DNA of 64,000 nt from Rhodothermales bacterium. GTDB taxonomy: Bacteria > Bacteroidota > Rhodothermia > Rhodothermales > Bin80. The first letter of the stretch is position 1; every line of letters starts with the position of its first letter. Location of the stretch: positions 2,334,914-2,398,913 of the forward strand of contig OZ219799.1 in assembly GCA_964291275.2 (NCBI GenBank). The letters run 5' to 3'. The notes below the pieces were generated by a model, which was given only the letters and a program-made list of their open reading frames with translations, was not told the DNA's origin and made no database searches. Positions 1 to 8,043 of the stretch are shown here, piece by piece. The translations under genes and the position numbers were made by a program.

Positions 1-861
1 TTCTTTACCTACCCGAGAAGGCTTGGCCACGAAATATCTGTCAAGGTACTGGAGTCCGCGGGTGACCTCGCTCCGGGTACGTATTGTGCGGTTAATCCGT
101 ACATGTTCTGTGCAGATTGCCAGGCCTGTAGACGCGGAGACACAAATTGCTGCTGCAAACTCCGTGTGCTCGGGATTCATCAGGAAGGTGCGTTCACGAG
201 GCTTATGAGGTTGCCTGCATCAAGCCTCCATCCAAGCGACTCACTTCCACCCGCTATACTTGCACTTGTTGAACCCCTTGTGGTTGGCTATCATGCGGTA
301 AAACGTGCCCGTATTGGTGCACGGGATCAAGTTCTGGTTGTAGGGCAGGGCCCAATTGGGCTTTCTTGTGCACTAATGGCGAAAGCTCTGGGGGCGAATC
401 TTGCAGTGATGGATATTCGGGAAGATCGCAGGCAATCGGGACGTCGATTGACTAAGCGTGTATTGACTCCCGGCGAAAATTCAGAGATTGTGGTACGGGA
501 GGCTTTCGACGGTGATTTACCTGTTACCGTGATCGAAGCAACCGGCAATCGTGCTGCCGTGCATCAAAGTTATCAGTTGGTTGCACCTGGCGGGACCCTG
601 GTGTTTGTGGGATTGTATATCGGGAGCTTCGAATTTGATGATCCAGATTTTCATCGAAGGGAATTAACTTTGCGGGCCAGTCGTAATGGCACTCACGATG
701 ATTTTTGTGCGGTTATGTCACTGCTGGAAACCGGCACCATAGATCCAAGTTGGTTCATCACCAATCAGATTCCATTCACTGAGGTACCAGACCGAATTAA
801 GGCACTTGATGGTGCCCTAGGCTGTATAAAAGCCATTGTTGATATGAACGCTGCATGCTAG
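1..861 (+). CDS. Zn-dependent medium-chain (MDR) alcohol/polyol dehydrogenase; 5' end lies outside the window
   Basis: Frame 1 is open from nt 1. It has a GHE motif at 25-33, a structural-Zn Cys cluster (CADCQACRRGDTNCC) and a VVGQGPIG dinucleotide-fold motif. Stop is TAG 859-861. Confidence 0.85.
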   Translation, partial: FFTYPRRLGHEISVKVLESAGDLAPGTYCAVNPYMFCADCQACRRGDTNCCCKLRVLGIHQEGAFTRLMRLPASSLHPSDSLPPAILALVEPLVVGYHAVKRARIGARDQVLVVGQGPIGLSCALMAKALGANLAVMDIREDRRQSGRRLTKRVLTPGENSEIVVREAFDGDLPVTVIEATGNRAAVHQSYQLVAPGGTLVFVGLYIGSFEFDDPDFHRRELTLRASRNGTHDDFCAVMSLLETGTIDPSWFITNQIPFTEVPDRIKALDGALGCIKAIVDMNAAC

Positions 862-873
862 GCCATGCGCCCT

Positions 874-881
874 TTAACAAA
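874..881. repeat. Left copy of the 8-bp target-site duplication ttaacaaa of the IS1595-type transposon
   Basis: An identical octamer occurs at 7318-7325. Both copies directly abut the 38-bp IR tips (gggaat / atcccc). 8 bp is the usual TSD length for the IS1595 family. Confidence 0.8.
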
Positions 882-919
882 GGGAATTATATACGTGTGT
901 ACCCAAATTTCTGAAAAGT
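882..919 (+). repeat. IRL of the IS1595-type transposon (gggaattatatacgtgtgtacccaaatttctgaaaagt)
   Basis: 888-919 is the exact reverse complement of 5382-5413. 882-887 (gggaat) matches the reverse complement of 7312-7317 (atcccc) at 5 of 6 positions. Confidence 0.9.
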
Positions 920-965
920 TTGCAGTAAATTACAAAAATCTGCAACACTTTACTTAGAATGTCGT

Positions 966-986
966 ATATTTGGGTACACACATACA
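966..986 (-). repeat. Internal partial copy of the IR in IRR orientation; with IRL it forms a roughly 100-bp MITE-like IR pair
   Basis: atttgggtacacac (968-981) is identical to the IRR core, with further partial matches on both sides. It ends 11 nt before the transposase ATG. Confidence 0.6.
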
Positions 987-996
987 AATAAATACG

Positions 997-1968
997 ATGG
1001 CAAAGCGTAGAACAGGACCAGGGAAATCGTACCGGCAAGGGCTTTCATGGGTAAAGCTCATGAAGATGTTTCCTGACGACGCAACTGCTGAAGCATGGTT
1101 TGCAAAGCAACGCTGGGGCAATGAACCCATGTGTCCACACTGCCAATCAACGAATGTGCAAACCGGGGCAAAACATCATATGCCTTACCGCTGCCGTAAT
1201 AAGGAATGCCGTAAGCGGTTCAGTGTGCGTATTGGAACGGTTATGCAAGACTCGAAGTTGGGCTATCAAGTTTGGGCAATGGCCATTTACATACTGGATA
1301 CAGGGATCAAGGGCGTATCCAGCATGAAGTTGCACCGTGATCTGGATATTACGCAGAAGACTGCCTGGCACTTAGCTCACCGTATTCGTAAATCATGGGA
1401 TACGGAACTTGAAGAGTTTGAAGGGCCGGTCGAAGTGGATGAAACGTATGTAGGGGGCAAAGAAAAGAATAAGCACGAGAACAAGAAACTCAACGCAGGT
1501 AGGGGCCCCGTAGGTAAGACGGCCGTAGTAGGTATCAAAGACAGGGAGACACTGCAAGTCCAAGCAAGGGTCGTACAGGATACCACCGCAGATACGCTCA
1601 CAGGCTTCGTGTACAGCACTTCGAGGCAGGAGGCACAAACCTACACCGATGACGCAAAAGCGTACCAGGCGTTGAAGAGAGCTGCACACGCGACCGTTAA
1701 GCACTCCGTCAAGCAATACGTGGACGGAATGGCGCACATCAACGGCATGGAATCGTTCTGGTCGTTACTGAAGCGTGGCTACTATGGCACCTATCACAAG
1801 ATGTCGCCCGAGCATCTCCAGCGCTACGTAGATGAGTTTGTTGGACGGCACAATGTACGTCGACTGGATACCGTCGAGCAAATGGAATTGACCGCACAGG
1901 GGCTTGTAGGGAAGCAGCTCACGTACAATATGCTCACCCGGAAAGTTGGCAAAACAGCAAGGACATGA
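997..1968 (+). CDS. IS1595-family (ISXO2-like) DDE transposase with N-terminal zinc ribbon
   Basis: Motifs CPHCQS...YRCRNKECRKRFSV (zinc ribbon) and VEVDETYVGGKEKNKH, GKTAVVGIKDR, typical of IS1595 transposases. The ATG at 997 is preferred over the TTG at 970. Confidence 0.85.
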   Translation: MAKRRTGPGKSYRQGLSWVKLMKMFPDDATAEAWFAKQRWGNEPMCPHCQSTNVQTGAKHHMPYRCRNKECRKRFSVRIGTVMQDSKLGYQVWAMAIYILDTGIKGVSSMKLHRDLDITQKTAWHLAHRIRKSWDTELEEFEGPVEVDETYVGGKEKNKHENKKLNAGRGPVGKTAVVGIKDRETLQVQARVVQDTTADTLTGFVYSTSRQEAQTYTDDAKAYQALKRAAHATVKHSVKQYVDGMAHINGMESFWSLLKRGYYGTYHKMSPEHLQRYVDEFVGRHNVRRLDTVEQMELTAQGLVGKQLTYNMLTRKVGKTART

Positions 1969-2011
1969 GTTATCACCAGATTGCACGCAAAGAACTCATA
2001 GCTTAAGCAGT

Positions 2012-3016
2012 ATGTCCTATAATCGCAATTTACACAAAGCAAAGGCATCTGCAAATGATGAGTTTTACACGCAACTGGAGGACATTGAAAACGAACTGCG
2101 ACACTACAAATCACACTTCAAGGACAAGGTGGTCTATTGCAACTGCGATGATCCACGGGTGAGCAACTTCTTCAAGTATTTCTCTTCTAATTTTGAGTTC
2201 TTGGGTCTCAGCAAGCTGATTACCACCTGCTACAAGAATCAGCAGTCAGATTTATTTTCGCAGCATGATTCCGAGCGGGCAATCAGCTTGGAGTACACTG
2301 GTGATAAAGATGGGGACATGGTGGTCAGTCGTGAGGAAATTGCGGTGACGCACCTGCGGGGCAATGGATGCTTCAAAAGCCCAGAATGTATTGAGCTTCT
2401 GAAGCAGGCAGATATTGTCTGCACGAATCCTCCATTTTCGCGATTCAAAGAGTATGTCGCGAAACTAATGGAGTATGAGAAGAAAATCTTAATTATTGGA
2501 AACATGAACGCGGTCACCTATAAGGAGATATTCCCGCTCATCAAAAATGACAAGCTATGGTATGGACCAAGCATATCAAGTGGTGACAGAGAATTTGGAG
2601 TCCCTGACCATTATCCCCTAACGGCGGCATCCTCTCGGGTTGACGACCAAGGCAGGAAGTACGTTCGTGTAAAGGGAGTGCGTTGGTTCACGAACCTGGA
2701 TCACAGAAAACGCCATGAGGAGTTATTTCTGTACAAAGAGTACTCCCCTGAGGAATATCCGAAATATGATAATTACGACGCGATTGAGGTGGGCAGGACG
2801 AAGAATATTCCAGGAGACTGGCTTGGTGTAATGGGCGTTCCAATCACATTCCTAGATAAGTACAATCCAGATCAGTTTGAGATACTGGGAGCAACGGAAA
2901 GTGAGGGTAAAGGCTTTTCATGTGGCCTTTGGAATCCTCAAAGTAGAGTTGCACAAGCAGTTGTCAATGGACGGAGGGTTTACAAACGGCTCTTTATCCG
3001 TAACAAACAGCTCTGA
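2012..3016 (+). CDS. N6-adenine DNA methyltransferase, EcoRI-methylase-like family (passenger gene)
   Basis: N-terminal DEFYT motif and CTNPPFS (NPPF catalytic motif IV). The ATG at 2012 avoids overlap with the transposase. Its stop is 3 nt before the next ATG. Confidence 0.7.
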   Translation: MSYNRNLHKAKASANDEFYTQLEDIENELRHYKSHFKDKVVYCNCDDPRVSNFFKYFSSNFEFLGLSKLITTCYKNQQSDLFSQHDSERAISLEYTGDKDGDMVVSREEIAVTHLRGNGCFKSPECIELLKQADIVCTNPPFSRFKEYVAKLMEYEKKILIIGNMNAVTYKEIFPLIKNDKLWYGPSISSGDREFGVPDHYPLTAASSRVDDQGRKYVRVKGVRWFTNLDHRKRHEELFLYKEYSPEEYPKYDNYDAIEVGRTKNIPGDWLGVMGVPITFLDKYNPDQFEILGATESEGKGFSCGLWNPQSRVAQAVVNGRRVYKRLFIRNKQL

Positions 3017-3019
3017 TCG

Positions 3020-4171
3020 ATGAAGATTAAACCCGTGGAAATCACCGTTCGCCAGCTTGTGAAAGGCTACGCTGATGATGGAGAGGGCGGTGTGACTGGA
3101 TATAGCGGCCGGCTTGATATCCGCCCCCCATACCAGAGGGAATTCATCTACAATGCTAAGCAGAGGGATGCGGTAGTTGATACGATCTCAAAAGGTTACC
3201 CCCTGAATGTCATGTATTGGTCCGTGCGGGCTGATGGAAGATTCGAGATTATTGATGGACAGCAGCGCACCATTTCGATTGCCCGATATGTGAAGGGAGA
3301 TTTCTCGGTAGGGGATCTCTTTGACTGGAGGGACAAACGCCAATTCCATCGTCTCCAAATAGATGAGCGGGAGAAGATTTTAGACTACAAGCTACATATA
3401 TATCAATGTACTGGAACTAATAGTGATCGTTTGAAGTGGTTCGAGAGGATCAATATAGCTGGCGTGAAGCTGACACAGCAGGAGATTCGGAACGCGGTCT
3501 ATTATGCTCCATGGTTGGAAGAAGCGAAGCGAATATTCAGCAGGAAAGGCTGTCCTGCTTCTGATGTTGGTAAAGGCTATATCAAAGGTAGAGCAGACCG
3601 GCAGGAATACTTGGAACGCGCTATTCAGTGGATTAACCAAGGAGATGTAGTTGGCTATATGAATCGAAAGGAGGGGACGGAAAATGCCCCCAACGGAAAG
3701 AGACTTTGGGATCACTTCGTGTCCGTGATCAACTGGGTAAACGCAACATTCACGGAATATCGCGAAGAGATGGAAGGCGTGGATTGGGGTGATCTTTATC
3801 TCAAATTCAAGGATGCGTCCTTGGAACTTGTTGAGATAGAGGGAAAGATAGCAGAGTTAATGAAATGTGACGAAGTCACGAAAAAGGGAGGTATCTATCC
3901 ATTCGTACTAACAGGTGACAAGAAACATCTGAGTGTCCGTAATTTCAAAAAAAACGACCAGCGTGAGGCTTACGAAGAGCAAAAAGGGATTTGTCCAGAT
4001 TGTGGAGACAAATTCAAAGAAAGAGACATGGATGCGGACCATAAAATCCCTTGGGTCAACGGCGGCCCCACCATTCTAAGCAACTGCCAAATGATGTGTA
4101 GAACCTGTCATAAAGAAAAAACCGCAAGACAGTTACGAGGGTTCTGGATATCATCAGGAAAATCAGAATAG
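3020..4171 (+). CDS. DUF262 (ParB-like/GmrSD N-terminal) domain fused to a C-terminal HNH endonuclease
   Basis: IIDGQQRTISI (the DGQQR hallmark of DUF262). The C-terminus reads DADHKIPWVNGGPTILSNCQMMCRTCHKEKT (HNH). It is translationally coupled to the methyltransferase. Confidence 0.75.
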   Translation: MKIKPVEITVRQLVKGYADDGEGGVTGYSGRLDIRPPYQREFIYNAKQRDAVVDTISKGYPLNVMYWSVRADGRFEIIDGQQRTISIARYVKGDFSVGDLFDWRDKRQFHRLQIDEREKILDYKLHIYQCTGTNSDRLKWFERINIAGVKLTQQEIRNAVYYAPWLEEAKRIFSRKGCPASDVGKGYIKGRADRQEYLERAIQWINQGDVVGYMNRKEGTENAPNGKRLWDHFVSVINWVNATFTEYREEMEGVDWGDLYLKFKDASLELVEIEGKIAELMKCDEVTKKGGIYPFVLTGDKKHLSVRNFKKNDQREAYEEQKGICPDCGDKFKERDMDADHKIPWVNGGPTILSNCQMMCRTCHKEKTARQLRGFWISSGKSE

Positions 4172-4230
4172 AATCGGTTTCAAAAATCTTGGGTACTATC
4201 GTATACAAATTCCTACTTCCCTGTCATTGA

Positions 4231-5166
4231 ATGACAATTTCGATAACAACACAAGCATCTGAGATACCAGAGAATCTGCCTCCGTCAGACTTTGGATTTT
4301 ATATAGATTATGACCAAAGGGATAGAGCAGCCAAACATATTTTTGAGGCAACCTATAGATTCATTGAGGCTTGTGAAGCATCCAGTCAAGCTCTTCTGGG
4401 ATCCGCCGGGGTATCTATTGAGCCAGTTATTGTGTTGGAAAACATCACAACGGGGTCAATTAAAACATGGTTCAAGATATTTTGGCAAGAGGAAGGAGAG
4501 GAAGCAGCCAAAAGTGGAAGCCTAAAGAGATTCCTTGTCACACTTTCCGTTGAGGGAATCAAGAAAATTTTGAGTAATACCAATAATGTTGATGATCCGC
4601 CAGAACTAAGGAATCTTCAAAATGATCTGTTCGAGTTGGTCAATGAAGTAGACATGGACACTCTTTCGCTACGTTTTCCGATTCCTGATAAAAACCTTAT
4701 AGATGTAATTACACGATTTGAGTCTGTAAAAGAACTTCTTGGGCCTGAAGACAGGGCGGCATTGGTACTATCAGATGATACTACTATACGTCTTAATCAG
4801 TCTGTTTCCGTGAACATTGAGAAACTCAAAAAAGAGGCTACAAAGGAAACTCTGGTGAATCCTACGATCACTATGATTCTCATTGTAAGAAAACCTGATT
4901 ATCTTGCGAATAGTCAATGGTCATTTCGACATGAAAGAAGAACCATTGCTGCGACTATTGAAGACCGGAAGTGGTTGAGCGAATTTCAAGGCCGAAAGAT
5001 AGACGTTAGACCGGGAGACGCCCTCAAGTGTCAAGTCAGAATTGAGACATCATACGGGTTCGACAACGAGGTTATTTCCCAAAAGCATTGTATTGAGAAA
5101 GTAGAAGAGGTAATCGAGAATGAACAAGGAGGAACGCAGATGCCTCAGTTATTTGGAAGAGAATAA
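4231..5166 (+). CDS. Hypothetical protein, 311 aa, third passenger gene
   Basis: A long ORF co-oriented with the two genes upstream, 60 nt downstream of the nuclease. No motif I recognise. AT-rich like its neighbours. Confidence 0.55.
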   Translation: MTISITTQASEIPENLPPSDFGFYIDYDQRDRAAKHIFEATYRFIEACEASSQALLGSAGVSIEPVIVLENITTGSIKTWFKIFWQEEGEEAAKSGSLKRFLVTLSVEGIKKILSNTNNVDDPPELRNLQNDLFELVNEVDMDTLSLRFPIPDKNLIDVITRFESVKELLGPEDRAALVLSDDTTIRLNQSVSVNIEKLKKEATKETLVNPTITMILIVRKPDYLANSQWSFRHERRTIAATIEDRKWLSEFQGRKIDVRPGDALKCQVRIETSYGFDNEVISQKHCIEKVEEVIENEQGGTQMPQLFGRE

Positions 5167-5189
5167 TTTCCCAAAACCAAAATCTCACC

Positions 5190-5354
5190 ATGAAACCAAC
5201 CAAATCCACTCCCTCTACCAAGAAGTCTAATGCTCCGCGTGGACGTCCAGCCAAGGATTTGGCACACATTCAGCGGTCAATCCAGTTGGGTTCTCCCGAG
5301 GAGCTGGCGAAGAAGATTTTGAACACTCCACCTGGGAAAATCAAGTTGCGGTAG
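5190..5354 (+). CDS. Possible 54-aa basic protein with an AT-hook-like PRGRPAK motif
   Basis: ATG 5190 to TAG 5352-5354, below the ORF-track cutoff. Sequence MKPTKSTPSTKKSNAPRGRPAKDLAHIQ.... It lies just inside IRR. Support is weak. Confidence 0.25.
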   Translation: MKPTKSTPSTKKSNAPRGRPAKDLAHIQRSIQLGSPEELAKKILNTPPGKIKLR

Positions 5355-5381
5355 ACAAAAACGGTAATGAATTCAACGAGG

Positions 5382-5413
5382 ACTTTTCAGAAATTTGGGT
5401 ACACACGTATATA
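5382..5413 (-). repeat. IRR of the IS1595-type transposon (inner 32 bp); the outer 6 bp (atcccc) are displaced to 7312-7317 by the intron
   Basis: Exact reverse complement of 888-919. Confidence 0.9.
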
Positions 5414-7311
5414 GTGTGCCACGAAAATACATATGAGGTGAAGCGATGACTTAGCTGAGATGTATTGAACTGTGCAAGGGATGGGGGTCGGCCCCCCGCA
5501 ACCGCTGTACAGGCGGAGGTTGCAAACCACCCACAGCTGCGGTATTTAAGAGGTATCGTGGTGAGCGTGTAGGGAAAAGGCAGGTGTAGGAATCTGTTAG
5601 GTGAGGATCGTAGAGTCGAATGAAAATGAACCATGGATGACGTGTCGAAAAGAATTAGATGATGGTCGAAACCGGGGTCGTATATTAATCCTGGGACGAG
5701 GTTGGCGGGGACCTGTTTACTGGCCAACTGGCCTCCGGCATATACATGGCGAGAATGCGATTTGGGCCCTTGTATGGAACGTGGGAACATGTCGGAGTGA
5801 TGCGAAGGGAGCGTGTCAAGCGGGCGCCCCCCGTGAGACATTGAGTACCAAAGCACTCCACATGGGCGGATCACCTCGTAGTAGTGAGGAAGCTTCTGTA
5901 ATGGAAGTAGAGCGAAGGGGGTGAACCATGCAGCAGGACGCGAGGGAGCAACCGAGAGGGAGGACTTCAACGCAAAATGCAAAGCCGTTTCCGGTGACCA
6001 AGCGACAAGTTTGGGAGGCATGGAAGCGGGTGAAGGCGAATCAGGGCGGGGCAGGGATTGATCAACAGTCTATTGCGGATATCGAGGAGAATCTTGCGGA
6101 CAATCTCTACAAGATTTGGAATCGGATGGCATCGGGCAGTTATCATCCGAAGCCGGTGCGCCGCGTGAATATTCCGAAGTCAGACGGAGGGGTTCGTCCC
6201 TTGGGAATACCCACGGTGGCAGATCGGGTGGCACAGATGGTGGTGAAACAAGTTTTGGAGCCGGAACTGGAACGCGTGTTCCATCCGGATTCCTATGGGT
6301 ACCGACCGAACAAATCGGCTCATGCTGCGCTCCGGCAGACGCGAAGGCGGTGCTGGGAACGGGCCTGGGTACTGGACATGGATATCAAGTCCTATTTTGA
6401 CACGATAGACCATGCGCTGTTGATGAAAGCGGTCCGACGACATACGGATCAGAAGTGGGTGCTCTTGTACATAGAGCGCTGGCTGACGGCACCGGTGATT
6501 CACCCAGACGGGACGGAAGCGGCTCGGGACATTGGGACACCCCAAGGCGGGGTCATCAGTCCACTGTTGGCCAATCTGTTTTTGCACTACTCGTTTGATA
6601 AGTGGATGGAGCGGTATTACCCGCAGATTCCATTTGAGCGATATGCAGATGATATTGTGTGCCACTGCACGAGTGAGGAATAGGCGCACGAACTTTGGCA
6701 GGTGCTCAAGGGACGTTTTACGGCCTGTAACTTAAAGTTACACCCGGATAAGACCCGGATCGTATACTGCAAGAGTGCGCGCCGAGAAGGCACGTATCCG
6801 GAGATTTCCTTTGATTTCTTGGGCTACACGTTTAGACCTCGAATGACAATGAGTCGCGGGGGCAAGATCTTTCTTGGGTTCAATCCAGCGATAAGCCGAA
6901 AGGCGGCGAAAGCCATACGGGAGACCATTTACAGTTGGGGATTGGCTCGCATGAGTCCATTCTCAATGGCACACATTGCAAGCAGGATAAATGCCGTGGT
7001 GCGGGGATGGATTGCCTATTATGGCGTATTCTTCAAATCGGAACTGAAAAAGGTTTTGAGAAGCATTGACCAACACCTCATCCGATGGATGATGCGGAAG
7101 TATAAGCACTTCCGGGGACATTGGAGACGGTCGTGGCGATGGTTAACGAGAATTGCTCGTCAAAATTCCGGTATATTCGTGCATTGGGCGTTTCTTTACG
7201 GTTCACCTTTGTTCAATTCCAAACGGTTGCATGGTAAGAGCCGCGTGAGTTGAGAGGCTCACGCGCGGTTCTGTGAGAGCCCGGGGGTGAAATTCCCCCG
7301 GGCTACTTGAC
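5414..7311 (+). mobile_element. Group II intron, copy 1 (ribozyme plus RT/maturase ORF in domain IV)
   Basis: The 5' end is GUGUG. A canonical 34-nt domain V lies at 7238-7271 (AGC triad, 2-nt bulge, GAGA tetraloop). The domain VI hairpin has a bulged A and a terminal AC at 7311. The boundaries are independently confirmed because removing 5414-7311 restores the transposon IRR. Confidence 0.85.
5928..7253 (+). pseudogene. Group II intron RT/maturase (IEP) interrupted by one in-frame TAG (6681-6683)
   Basis: The two ORFs 5928-6683 and 6702-7253 share a frame. Their total length (1326 nt) equals that of the intact copy at 30427-31752. The sequence has YADD and RT motifs and an X domain (RGWIAYYG) but no En domain. 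The stop replaces the Gln codon seen in copy 2. Confidence 0.8.
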
Positions 7312-7317
7312 ATCCCC

Positions 7318-7325
7318 TTAACAAA
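7318..7325. repeat. Right copy of the 8-bp target-site duplication ttaacaaa
   Basis: Identical to 874-881 and immediately outside the IRR tip at 7312-7317. Confidence 0.8.
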
Positions 7326-7339
7326 CCTATAACACATTG

Positions 7340-8035
7340 ATGCAAGCAGAATACACACTTCGTCGGCCGGTTATCGAGCTTGATGTCAGCGCGCGGGCGG
7401 CATTCATCATGCACACGTACGGACACCTGGCGGGGGCGATCGGCTGCTTTGTTTTGCTGGAGATGTTCTTTTTCCAGAGCGGGTTGGCTGCGAGCATTTA
7501 TCAGGCACTTGCGGGCGTCAATTGGCTTTTTGTGTTGGGTGGCTTTCTTGTTGTTGGATGGCTTGCGAGTCGTGCAGCACACCAGGCTGTATCAAGGGGA
7601 GTCCAATATCTGGCATTAGGAGGGTTTGTGTTGGCGGAGGCGATCATATTTGTCCCTTTGCTCTATACGGCACAGGCTGTGGCTCCTGGTGCGATTGAGA
7701 GTGCCGCCTCGGTGACCATCATGGGTTTTGTGGGCCTAACGCTTGTGGCGTACTTCTCTCGCAAAGATTTTTCTTTTTTGGGGAGCCTGTTGCGCTGGGG
7801 GTTTGTTGTAGCGCTCGTGCTGATTGCTGCCTCTGTACTGTTCGGGTTGCATCTGGGGACGTTCTTCAGTGTTGGGATGATTGCACTTGCAGGTGGTGCT
7901 ATCTTGTACGACACGTCTAATGTGCTGCACAGGTATCCCGTCGACCGTCATGTAGGGGCGGCGCTCCAGCTGTTTGCTTCTGTCGCACTCCTGTTTTGGT
8001 ATGTTTTGTCGATTTTCATCGGCGGACGTGACTAA
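7340..8035 (+). CDS. Bax inhibitor-1/YccA family inner-membrane protein
   Basis: A seven-TM-like hydrophobic profile. Family-typical segments AFIMHTYGHLA and GAILYDTSNVLHRY. Confidence 0.75.
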   Translation: MQAEYTLRRPVIELDVSARAAFIMHTYGHLAGAIGCFVLLEMFFFQSGLAASIYQALAGVNWLFVLGGFLVVGWLASRAAHQAVSRGVQYLALGGFVLAEAIIFVPLLYTAQAVAPGAIESAASVTIMGFVGLTLVAYFSRKDFSFLGSLLRWGFVVALVLIAASVLFGLHLGTFFSVGMIALAGGAILYDTSNVLHRYPVDRHVGAALQLFASVALLFWYVLSIFIGGRD

Positions 8036-8043
8036 GCTTTCTC

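Larger units (their letters stand above)
882..7317 (+). mobile_element. IS1595-family cargo transposon (transposase plus 3-4 passenger genes) with a group II intron nested in its right IR
   Basis: IRL is 882-919. IRR is 5382-5413 plus 7312-7317. With the intron removed, 37 of 38 positions match, including a perfect 32-bp core. The element is flanked by the ttaacaaa direct repeat and lies between the ADH stop and the BI-1 start. Confidence 0.85.

Noticed and set aside
1946-2011. Upstream extension of the methyltransferase ORF overlapping the transposase 3' end
   Set aside because: The family-typical N-terminus (...NDEFYT) sits shortly after the ATG at 2012. The extension overlaps the transposase and adds no recognisable sequence.
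5341-6021. 226-aa minus-strand ORF (and its counterpart 30269-30829) overlapping the 5' part of each intron
   Set aside because: These ORFs lie in ribozyme domains I-III. Conservation between the copies is explained by RNA structure, and the translation is low-complexity with no motifs.
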